The notes below the pieces were generated by a model. The model had not been told where the DNA came from, searched no databases, and saw only the letters and a program-made list of their open reading frames with translations. Positions 28,089 to 38,315 of a stretch of DNA of 64,000 bases are shown here, one piece after another. The stretch spans positions 1,434 through 65,433 of the forward strand of contig CAWBNI010000015.1 in assembly GCA_963790105.1 (NCBI GenBank). The letters run 5' to 3'. Position 1 is the first letter of the stretch. Every line of letters starts with the position of its first letter. This stretch comes from an uncultured Bacteroidales bacterium (GTDB lineage Bacteria > Bacteroidota > Bacteroidia > Bacteroidales > UBA10428). Made by a program: the position numbers and the translations under genes.

Positions 28089-29093
28089 TACGAAACTGAA
28101 CGGCCTCACTCTGGCAATCTCGCCTTGTTATGCTATTGCTGACTTCGTGCAGAGCCGGACGATAACTCCGGCAACTCAATCGGGGGAAAAACTGTAAGAT
28201 CAATTTATATTGAACCGAATGGCACAAAGTGGTTTGCAACTGATAAAGGGATATCCTCCTTTGATGGAAAAACCTGGACCAATTATGATGAAAATGATGG
28301 CCTGCCGGGAGCAGGCTTTAACGATATGTCGAATGCAGCCTCAGCGAATGGCACAAATTTATGGCTTGCCTCCAAAGGGGGAGCAATGATGGGCCATTGG
28401 GAATCAAATATACTGACAGTTGAACCAAGCTATACTTCCGGAAATTCGGAACTTCTGAGCGATACGGTACTGGCCATTGCCCTTGACAAGGCCGGATATC
28501 TTATGGATGGGTACAAACAGGGGCCTGAACGGTCTTAAAAGATGATACGGAATGGATTCTGCCGGCAAAACAGGTATTTTCCCTACCCATCAGCCGCATT
28601 GGATCTTCTGAGGACGGATGGAATTATTTTGCAACCCTCGGAGGCGGCGTTGGCCAGAAACAAAACCGCTGTAGATGGCGTCAGCTCGGCCTCAACGTAT
28701 GAAATGCCATGGGCGGGATTACCCTCCGACATAGTGAATACCTTATATATAGATCCGTCTCACAGGGAACCAATGGTTTGGAACTCCTGACGGGGCAGCT
28801 TACCATGTGGGAACTGAAACCAAGAAAAACTGGACTGTTTATACCGTGAATGATGGACTTGTGAATAATGAAATACTGTCTATAGCCGGAGATGCTGAAG
28901 GCAACATCTGGTTTGGAACCAAAGGCGGGGTGTCAAATTCGGCAATTCATCGTGGACTACGTATACTGAAACGGACGGACTTGCAGGCAACACGGTTTAT
29001 GCCATTGCTTTTGACCTGGATGGTTCCGTCTGGTTTGGAACAGATAAGGGAGTTTCACATTACAGTTCAGGACATTGGCTTAATTACAAATAA
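28086..29093 (+). CDS. Beta-propeller (two-component regulator propeller repeat) lipoprotein; indels
   Basis: Lipobox LLTSC; repeats IYIEPNGTKWFATDKGIS, IAGDAEGNIWFGTKGGVS, DLDGSVWFGTDKGVS and WTxYxxxDGL. Confidence 0.75.
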
Positions 29094-29129
29094 CAATTCA
29101 GAGCGAGTCACGTATTAAAGTTGTATATT

Positions 29130-31137
29130 ATGAAAAACGTATTGAATCAGCTTACTGACCGGATGTTTATCCGCCATCCCCGAAACCGGAAAGATAATCT
29201 CATTCCGGAAGCCCGGAACTTTTTACGATTATACCTTTTATATTAATCGGACTGGCTTCCTTAATCTGGTTGTTGATTCGCGTGCTTCCAAAGCCAAGCC
29301 GGTTGACCTATCCGTGTATGAAGGTTGCCATGCCGCTGGCATTTTCCTTTCTTGCCTGGCTGGCATCCCTGGGTGCTACTGTTTTGCTGTTCCGAAAAGC
29401 AATAGCCAGTTTCAAGGCGCATAAATATAAATATGCCCTGATTTCCCTGGTTACTGCAATTGTTGCCGGCACAGGCACAATGATTTACCAGTCCCTTGAA
29501 TCCAATGCCGCTGATGTGAGCAGTCATGCCGGCCTGTTTGCGGATCCTCTCGGACCCAACTCCCCGATAGGTACTCCAAAAGGTTTATTTCCCGGTCGGG
29601 TTGTATGGGCCTATAATCCTGATGCAACAAATGAAAATTGTACAAACAGTAGTCATAGTGACGCCTACTGGCTGGAAAAGAACTGTGATCAGGCCGTAGT
29701 GGACAAGATGTTTTCCGATGGCATTAAAGAGTTAACCGGAAAAGAAACCAACGCCGAAGCATGGGATGCTTATATTCAGATATTTCAACAATAACCATGG
29801 CAAGGGAGCTACAGGTTACTTAGCAGATGAGACTATTTTTATCAAAATAAATGCTGTAACCGCATGGAGTGGAGCTGAGCCGGACGGTGAAATGCCTGCG
29901 AATTTAGGTATTGAAGACGACACATCCCCGCAGGCTATCCTGGCTTTGTTGAGACAACTGGTGAATGAAGCCGGGGTTCCACAAGCAGAATATTTTCATC
30001 GGCGATCCCATGGCAGATATCTGGAACACATTATACGACAAGTTTTATGCTGAATTCCCGGATATTAATTATGTATCAAAAAGAACGATTACGGGAAGAT
30101 ACAAACTAACTCCCGCCACAAAACCCGGAATTTATTATTCCGATAAAGGTACGGTAATGACCGAATTGTCAGGTGCAAGCCATACTTTCTTTAAGGAAAT
30201 GATGGATGCTGATTACATCCTCAATGTGCCGACGATGAAAGGTCACCGCTGGGGAGGGGTTACCATGTTCGCAAAAAATCATTTCGGTTCGAATACCACG
30301 GATGGCTCATGGCAGCTTCACAAGGGATTGATGAAACCCGACAGTGATCCATTACGGACCGGGTATAATCTGTACCGGGTATTTGTAGATTTAATGGCAA
30401 GCAAATATCTTGGTGGTAAAACCTTACTTTATTATATGGATGCCCTCTGGTCCACCTCCTATGAACATCAGAAACCACAGAAATTCAGGACAGCCCCTTT
30501 TAATAATGACTGGTGTTCTTCCCTGTTGTTTTCATTGGATCCCGTTGCCATTGAATCTGTAGGTCTCGATATTCTGCAAAAAGAATTTACAAAAGAAGAA
30601 ATTGACAATAACCGGGATACACCTGATCGTTATACCTATGTACAATGGGACGGTGTTGACGATTATCTCCATCAGGCTGCGAGCAGCGATTGGTGGCCTG
30701 AAGGCATAACCTATGATCCGGACAGTTCAGGTACACCCATTGGAAGCCTCGGTGTACATGAACACTGGAATAACACAACCGATATGGAATACACAAAGAA
30801 CCTGGGTACCGGCGATGGCATTGAACTGGTAAAGCTATTTCAGATTCCTACCGGCATTAAGGAAAATTTAACCGGTTTAACCCTGGAAGCATTCCCCAAT
30901 CCGGTAACTACTAAAGCCACCATACGCTTTCATCTGGATCAGAACAGCCAGGTAAGACTCGATATTTATTCGATTGATGGAAAACTAATTGAAACCCTGG
31001 TAAATCATCGGCTGAACGCCGGTGATCAAAATATTGACTGGAATCCGGGGAATATGAAAGGCTCTTGTATTGTGAAACTAATACTTTTTGAAGGCTCCTC
31101 GCAAAAGGAATATAAGACCCGGTTGCAGGTTATTTAG
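29130..31137 (+). CDS. DUF362-domain protein with hydrophobic N-terminus and T9SS CTD (paralogue 2); indels
   Basis: LIRVLPKPSRLTYPC, PGRVVW, LNVPTMKGH..GVTMFAKNHFGS, DPVAIES, DDYLHQAA; CTD FPNPV...IYSIDGKLI. Confidence 0.82.
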
Positions 31138-32471
31138 GACAATCCCAAATACTCGGCCAATGCTGAATATACTCCGGCTGTCCATCCCATCATGGGTGCT
31201 GAATTATATTCAGCATTTGAAAGCTCACCGGTTTCGGCATCAGTTTTTTCAAAAAGCCTTCCGGTTTTTTTGAACAATGCGGTATTTATGTCAATAAATT
31301 TCTGTGCAATTCTCCGGGCATCTTTTTTATAACCATACCGATCTAAACTCATTACAGTGATATAGACAAGGGGGGCCAAACTACCGGGTAAGCCCATTGG
31401 AACTCCCTGCAACCCGGGCGTTCATTGGTTGTTGCAATGCCAAAATCCCTCTCCAGCAAGGGTAAGTTTTTTACTATTTTTTCGGCTTGTTCCGCAGTTG
31501 CAATCCCAAAAAACATGGGCTGCATTCCTGATAGGGAATAGACATCCGATTGTTTGCCATTGACAAAATCATAATCAAAAAACCATCCACGCTCTTCGTT
31601 CCACAGAAATTTATTGATTAATTCTTTTCGCTTGTTTGACCTTTCTAAATACAGATCTTTGAAATTCCAATTATATTTTCCGGCAGCCTCATAAAGAAAT
31701 TCTTCATATCCAAACAGAAGGGAGTTCAGGTCAACAGCAGCGTGATCGAGACACCGGCCGCTATAACGCTGGCTAAAATCCCAGTTTTCCGCTTCAGCCA
31801 TATAATGTCCGCCCTTTACACTTTTTTCCGGATCTGGAATGTTCGGGTCAAATTTCAACCTGTCGATTAGCACCTGGTTATAGAAATCAATACATCCTTT
31901 GTCGTCATCATGATGTCCGAAATGATTAAGTCCCGACTTACTGTACCTGGCAGTCATCCAGAATTGGTATTCTTTTCTCAGTCCTTCGGCACATGCCCTG
32001 GAAAAATCATCACTTTCGTCTCCCACCTTATCAAAATAATCCCTGATCATAAGCTGCAGATAAGGTGACTGAGACCTGTTGTGAATTCCCACAAAATTGG
32101 GCATATAACCTTGTTCCTGGATAAGCCATAAGATATTCCTTATATTATTTTTCGCTTGCTCTTCCTTACCATCTCTTAAGCAATCCCAGGTTAGTAAAAT
32201 AGGTGTCCCAGTAAAAAAAGATTGTGAATTCTCCCTCTCCCTTAATACTTGGAGTAGTATAAGGATAGGGAAGGCTCACACCGCCAAAGCCCTTCCCTGG
32301 CTCATCCTTGGATATGGATTTTTCCCAGTTGGCTTTGATGTAGTCTAAAACATCACGCACATCGTAATTGATTCCGGATTTTCTTTTTGCTGCCGTATTG
32401 ATGAGGATTGGAAAACCTGAGAGTGAAGCCGCCCCAACAGTCAGGTTTGAAATAAAATTCCTTCTTTTCAT
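31134..32471 (-). CDS. Trehalase-family glycoside hydrolase (GH37) with Tat signal; indels
   Basis: MKRRNF twin-arginine leader; LPYPY, FYWDTYF, MPN, RSQSP, WDFSQR, VDLNSLL, QWAYPVVWPP, EYNSAPMMGWT. Confidence 0.85.
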
Positions 32472-32499
32472 GAATTGTCTTTTTAATCACTAAAAACAG

Positions 32500-34464
32500 T
32501 CAGTCTCCCACTGGCGAATAAGGTATTATGATATTTGCATTGTAATCCTGAAGCCTTTTGAAATAGATATATTCCATGAATCTCTCAAAACCCTCCTCCT
32601 TTTTTAATATAGCATCAAGATCAACTTCCTGTATTTTAAAGGCATAGCCAGGATACCTGTATGAAAGTTTGTATATAAATTTGTCAAATTCAGAAAAATT
32701 GAATCCTAAAACTGGTTCATTTAACTTGATTTTTCCTTCCTTATAAAGTCTTATCAATTCGGTTTCCGGAGTAAATACCAGGTTTGGGTCTATCTTTTGA
32801 ATACTATCCTCAATTGAAACTGCTTTGGTATCCAGGCATATTGAATAAACTTTACCCATAGTAGGATTAAATGCATGGGCAAGATAATAGCCTTCTGTTT
32901 TAATTGCATTTTTATCATCCCCCTTATTAAGTGTTTTAAAATGTTCTGACCCGCCAAAAAATACACATTTATTGTCAGTAACCAGCTTTCCGAGAAAACG
33001 AATATCAGTAATATTGCGAATCATAACCTGATACCGGTCGCTATGATCAGTAAATTTTTTCGGATCTAATTTTATAGGAACGGATGATTTTAGATTTTCA
33101 AAAACGCTTTCCATAAATTCTGGTGTTTGAAAAGGATATTCTCCGATCATATTAAGCGTTTTTGCCCTTTTTATATACCCTTTACACGAATCCAGATAGG
33201 TATAGATATTTTCTTTAGTTACAGTCAGATTAGCATCCGGAACAGCTTTTTTAAAATACGGATTTAGAATATAATTTATTGAAAAGGCTAAATCCTGTTC
33301 CAGATCGGAACAACCAACAGAAATGGATTTTTCTTTATGGATTTTATTCCAAGTTCGTATTGCGCTGAACGTGGGAATTCCCGCTTTAGAAATTTTAGCA
33401 AGAACAGAATCGCAGAATATTTTTGCGTGATTATCATCCTCAATTTTCAGATAGTAATTTATGTAACCGGCGTATGAATACGGCAATTCCAGGACCAGGA
33501 CCGGATAATAATCATATGAATTAATGGCAAATAAAATACGTCTGAAAAGTAAATTATTAAATTTAAGATGGTGGCTCTCTCCTACTTCGATAATTTTATT
33601 ATTTTGTGCAATAGACCGCAACCATTCCATATCGGAAATATTACTGAAAACATCATTAATATCAGTTAAGGCGACTGTATCAACAGCAATATCTTCCGCA
33701 TTTATTTTGCACGTATTCAATTGTTCCGAACAAGGATAACGGAAATGAAACCGATCAATTTCAGTAAAAGGATTTATATAAGCATGATTAACATCTCTGA
33801 ACGTAAGAAGGGAATCGTGCTTATCCGAAAAATTCCATTGATTATTTCTTAAAGTAAAATGATGAAATCCGGGAAGTTGTTTACCATTTTGCCAAACCGA
33901 GTATTGAAACAAGTTTTCCTTTTTAAAATCCCTGGCACATTCAAGGTTCTGAGGAATAAAAAGAAAAAGGGAGTGTTTAAAATTATTAGGATTGTACCAT
34001 AAGGAGGTTAAAATAAGGTTCCTGCCCCGGTATACTTTTTCAGCAACAATGCTGTCATCGGTGATTTTAATTGGAAAATCCACGGATTTTTCCATGAACC
34101 TTGTTGTCCACAAATTTCCCTTTACGGTTCCAAAGGCGTAAATGTTAATATTGGATAAATCTTCGGTTAGGGCCTGTTTATCTGTGATCACCCTGGAAGT
34201 TTGGTTTGGCACCGTGGGGAGATAATTAATAAACGAGTTCCTGTAAAACGTATTGATCACTTTTTGTAACACAGTATCGCCTTCATTTGAGGGCAAAATA
34301 CAAACGTAATCTGTTGTTGGGATAAACTGCGACATTTGGGTTTCAATCGGAAAGGATTGAATGTATTGCTCTTGAGTAATGGTTTCATGCCCTTTTGGCA
34401 AATCCTGGGAATGAAGATTGTAAACGAACAGAAAACACATTATCAGAAATAATGGAGTCTTCAT
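32500..34464 (-). CDS. Secreted protein with a C-terminal EreA/ChaN-like (erythromycin esterase superfamily) domain
   Basis: Signal peptide; WL..IAQNNKIIEVGESHH, LVLELPY, VGCSDLE, FFGGSEH. Visibly AT-rich. Confidence 0.55.
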   Translation of the reverse strand: MKTPLFLIMCFLFVYNLHSQDLPKGHETITQEQYIQSFPIETQMSQFIPTTDYVCILPSNEGDTVLQKVINTFYRNSFINYLPTVPNQTSRVITDKQALTEDLSNINIYAFGTVKGNLWTTRFMEKSVDFPIKITDDSIVAEKVYRGRNLILTSLWYNPNNFKHSLFLFIPQNLECARDFKKENLFQYSVWQNGKQLPGFHHFTLRNNQWNFSDKHDSLLTFRDVNHAYINPFTEIDRFHFRYPCSEQLNTCKINAEDIAVDTVALTDINDVFSNISDMEWLRSIAQNNKIIEVGESHHLKFNNLLFRRILFAINSYDYYPVLVLELPYSYAGYINYYLKIEDDNHAKIFCDSVLAKISKAGIPTFSAIRTWNKIHKEKSISVGCSDLEQDLAFSINYILNPYFKKAVPDANLTVTKENIYTYLDSCKGYIKRAKTLNMIGEYPFQTPEFMESVFENLKSSVPIKLDPKKFTDHSDRYQVMIRNITDIRFLGKLVTDNKCVFFGGSEHFKTLNKGDDKNAIKTEGYYLAHAFNPTMGKVYSICLDTKAVSIEDSIQKIDPNLVFTPETELIRLYKEGKIKLNEPVLGFNFSEFDKFIYKLSYRYPGYAFKIQEVDLDAILKKEEGFERFMEYIYFKRLQDYNANIIIPYSPVGD

Positions 34465-34615
34465 TTAGTTGATTTTAAATGTTAAGAATAATTGTTGCGC
34501 AAAACAGGAAGGATAATTTGTTAAGATGCACCTTGTTAAATGTAAAGATATTTCCAGAGATAGCAATGTCAACCCGAATTTGATTATCAGGTATCAACCA
34601 TTTTAAAGAAGCCTG

Positions 34616-35239
34616 TCAGGCTTTCTTAAATCTGAAGTCACATTTTGTTGCACCCAGGGCAATTGTACCGGTCCTTATGAGCTTTAGTCCGGCCAACCCT
34701 GAAGTAACCTCATCCACCTCGCACAAAATAGATGAATATTTCTGAAAATTGTGTTTCGAGAAAAGCTTGCAGATTCCACATTCCAGTATGTCAATTCCAT
34801 AACCCAGTCCATAGGTTTGTTCTTTGTCAGTAATAATGTTGGCAATAAATCCATCAGGATGGGAATTCTTGCTCACTTTTTCATTTAAAGATTTAAGGAG
34901 GACATTGGCCAGCCAGGTATTTACCAGTTTAGCAGGAAGTCTTTTTAATAACCGGTGAATTCCATTCTTAGGTTTAACATAATCTATAACTATTTCAAGG
35001 CAGATTTTGCGGATCGTTTCATAGGATTCATTCCGTGAATCCAGGGTCTTTATTAGGGCCAGGAAGTATGCACAAAAATCCAGCCTTTTATCGATAGGAT
35101 TTCCGGATGTTGCAGCAAACCGGGTATCAAGTGAAATTATTTTGTAATGATTTTCAATCTCCCCAATTATATATTCTGAATCCAAGGGATATTTTATCCT
35201 GATTACAGCCTTAAAATATTTCCGGTACCTCGCCATCAC
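34616..35239 (-). CDS. ATC hydrolase (L-2-amino-thiazoline-4-carboxylic acid hydrolase) family protein
   Basis: GIDILECGICK, LCEVD, LIRTGTIALGATKCDFRF. Confidence 0.8.
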   Translation of the reverse strand: MMARYRKYFKAVIRIKYPLDSEYIIGEIENHYKIISLDTRFAATSGNPIDKRLDFCAYFLALIKTLDSRNESYETIRKICLEIVIDYVKPKNGIHRLLKRLPAKLVNTWLANVLLKSLNEKVSKNSHPDGFIANIITDKEQTYGLGYGIDILECGICKLFSKHNFQKYSSILCEVDEVTSGLAGLKLIRTGTIALGATKCDFRFKKA

Positions 35240-35296
35240 ATCAGATTTGCGTATTTCTTCTTTCTACCTGTAGATAATCCCTAAAGGGATTTTTCC

Positions 35297-35334
35297 TGCT
35301 TGTCCCTCGTCCCTTGTCCCTTTCGTCCCTACTT
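35297..35334 (-). repeat. GGGAC(G/A)A heptamer repeat beginning at the GH35 stop codon
   Basis: 24-bp identity CTTGTCCCTCGTCCCTTGTCCCTT between 35299-35322 and 11088-11111. Confidence 0.75.
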
Positions 35335-36943
35335 ATACCTGTACAACTCCACCTTCTGTATCTCAAAGTTATTCTCAAAAATCCTCACATGCCTTCCCTG
35401 GTGATCCTCATCGCCATTCAATCTTCTGCCCTGTTTCCAAATGCCATTTTCGTACGTGCCCTCATCAACTGATAATATCCCTGCAATGGAGCCATCTTTC
35501 TGCAATGGTTCAAACGTAACAACAATGCCGCTTCCGGCAACGATATATTTTCCTTCACCGGTGCAGATAATCATACCCCCGGTCATTTGCCAGATGCTGT
35601 CCTGCGCCTTGGGAGAGTAATTCAGCGTAAAAACATGTTTGACATGCAGAATATATCCACCCAGTTCAAGGCTCTGTTTCCTTTTTGTTATGATCGAAAA
35701 TAAAGCCTGCTATTTTTCCCTGTCCCTGGTTTTCAAGAATCACGGGGGTTAATTGCGAAAGGATATCATATACCTTTATAATAGGATCATTTTTTCCATC
35801 CGTTTGTTCGATTGAAAAAGGACTGAATCCCATCCCGTCATGTGCACCTATTGCATAGAAAGCCTTCATAGCTGCTTCGGGCTCACGTTTTGCCTCAGGA
35901 ATAAACAGGGGATTGCCTGACTGGTGATACTTTTCGCACCATTCTTCAAAATAGGGGAAATAAATATCAGGTGATAAAAAATCGATCGAAGGCGCACCGG
36001 CACGCCACATATCCATGATATGCGGGAGAGGGCCGGCACTTGGATATTGTCCGGGTTGATACCCTTTACGAATCAGTGCCCCGTTTACATACGCCGGAAT
36101 GTCATATTCTGATTTGCCTGCCGCAGTTACCTGTTCCACATACCTGGCATAATGCCATGCCATAAATACCTCATCGGTCGCCAGACTTTTCCCAAAAACC
36201 TCTTCCCAGCTTCCGGATGTTTTGAAACCGTTTGTTTTCCAATAAGCATAAAATTCAGGATTGAGTTGCTCTTTATTCTTAGTCAGGTAATTCATCAGCT
36301 CTCCGGGAACCGGCTTTTTAAATTCTTCGGATGCCCTGTCGCTGTAATCACGGGCATCGGGGATCATCCCGATCTCATTTTCAACCTGCATCATGATAAC
36401 CGTATTGTCTTTCTTATCGAAAACAGCCAGATGATGCATCAGCGCCCGATAGGCCTTTATATCTGCCTGCAGGTTCCCGGCATAAAACGGGCTCATAATT
36501 TCTGCTGAAACCCCGCTTTTCAGTTTTACCCTCGGAAATCTGGACTGGTTTGTCTTTACCCATGCAGGTGCGTAACAACTCATGCTGTTTTTCCAGCTCC
36601 CAAACCATAAAAGAACCAGTTTGATATTGTTTTTCCTGGCCTGGGTAATCAGACTGTCAACCAGTGAAAAATCAAACGTACCCTCTTTTGGCTCCAGCAG
36701 TTCCCAATAAACCGGTGTAAGCAGGGTATTCAGGTTCAACTGGCTGATTTTTGGCCAGGTATCTGCCATATATTTTAAATCCGAAGCGCTTGAATTACCC
36801 AGTTCGCCTCCTAAAATCAGGAACGGCCGATCATGGACAATGAGCTGGGTTGCATTTCCTTTTTTTACCAGGTGCGGCAGCGACTGGGCATTAGCTGCAA
36901 CCGACATGGCAAGCAGGGTAAGGAGGATTCCTATGGTTCTCAT
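35329..36943 (-). CDS. GH35-family glycoside hydrolase with DUF5597 C-terminus; indel near 35670
   Basis: LGGELGNSS, WELLEPKEG, LWFGSWKNSMSCYAP, MQVENE, YPSAGP, SPDIY, PLFIPE, GRRLNGDE. Confidence 0.88.
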
Positions 36944-36962
36944 TTAGTTGTTAGTTGATTGT

Positions 36963-38234
36963 TCATTGTTCATTGCCAAGATCCTTTACCACCATCTGAA
37001 TCGTTGTCCTGGTGCGCTGTGACAGAAGCAGGTCCTTGTTTACGAGGACACGCGCAATGGTGGCATCATCAAAATAACGGATTGTTATAAGTTCCAGCCC
37101 GGTTGTAAAGCTAACCCTGAATTCTTTCTCCAACTCGGCAATTACCCCCGGTATCCTGCTTTTATCATTGTTCACGCAAACATCAAAGCTTACGGCGGAA
37201 TTTTGCATGAGGTTTACCTTAAGACCATACATTGCAAAACAGCGAAATATTTTTTCCAGGTTATCTTCAGCAACAAAGGAAAAATCCATCGGATGCACAT
37301 GGATCAAAACCTGGTCGATTTTGAAAATAAAAGAAGGGATCAGTTTTTCATAATCATTTTCGCCGATCACCGTACCCGGATCTGCCGGATGAAGGAAAGA
37401 TTTTACATACAATTTTATCCCCTTGTTCTTCAGGGGCTGAATTGTTTTAGGATGGATTACACTTGCGCCATAGTAGGCTAATTCAATGGCATCCACATAG
37501 GAAATTTTTTCCAGCCTGATTGTTTCGTCAAACCATTTTGGATCTGCATTCAGCACACCGGGCACATCCTTCCATACGGTAACAGAGTCGGCAGCTAAAA
37601 CATAGGCCACAATGGCCGCAGTATAATCCGATCCTTCTCTTCCCAGGGTGGTGGTAAGATTATTTACGGTGGATCCGATAAATCCCTGGGTAATATACAA
37701 CCGGGTATGCCGGAAATTAAACCGCGCGCTGATCTGCCGGGAGGTCATATCCCAGTCAACCCTGGCTTCGCGAAAAGTTCCGTCAGTTTTCAGGTATTGT
37801 CGTGCATCCGTCCATTCATTTTGTATTCCTGCGCTGTTCAGGTAATTGCTGACAATGATGGTGGAAATTATTTCTCCCCAGGAAACCAGCTGATCATATT
37901 CCTCATTATAGGATCCTTTAGGGGACTCCTCCATTTTTTTTTCGAGTCCGTCGAAAATATGTGCCAGCTCACCGAAAAGGGCATGTTGTTTATCCTGCAT
38001 CAGATCGCCGGCAATTTTCAGATGATACTCGCGTATGGCCCGTAGTTCATTTAAAGCTAATTCCCTGTCGGCTCCAATATAGGCATGCAATACACGCTCC
38101 AGGGCATTCGTGGTTTTGCCCATGGCAGAGATCACCACTACCAGGTTGTCGGAATATTTTTTAAGGATAGAAGCGATGTTCCTCACAGATTCAGCATCTT
38201 TCACGGAGGCACCTCCAAATTTGAAGACTTTCAT
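36963..38234 (-). CDS. lysC: Aspartate kinase (monofunctional)
   Basis: KFGGASV, SAMGKTTN, GEIIS, TQGFIG, LGREGSDY, KDVPG, VIHPKT, ACT domain. Confidence 0.93.
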   Translation of the reverse strand: MKVFKFGGASVKDAESVRNIASILKKYSDNLVVVISAMGKTTNALERVLHAYIGADRELALNELRAIREYHLKIAGDLMQDKQHALFGELAHIFDGLEKKMEESPKGSYNEEYDQLVSWGEIISTIIVSNYLNSAGIQNEWTDARQYLKTDGTFREARVDWDMTSRQISARFNFRHTRLYITQGFIGSTVNNLTTTLGREGSDYTAAIVAYVLAADSVTVWKDVPGVLNADPKWFDETIRLEKISYVDAIELAYYGASVIHPKTIQPLKNKGIKLYVKSFLHPADPGTVIGENDYEKLIPSFIFKIDQVLIHVHPMDFSFVAEDNLEKIFRCFAMYGLKVNLMQNSAVSFDVCVNNDKSRIPGVIAELEKEFRVSFTTGLELITIRYFDDATIARVLVNKDLLLSQRTRTTIQMVVKDLGNEQ

Positions 38235-38315
38235 CGATTTACATTTTAGTTCAAAAATAATCTTTTCAAAATATATTAATCCCTAATTTTGTGCCTTCAA
38301 TTATCCTACACATCT

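Noticed and set aside
21416-36943. Classical PUL or integrated mobile element
   Set aside because: No SusC/SusD pair, integrase, transposase or att-like repeats are visible.
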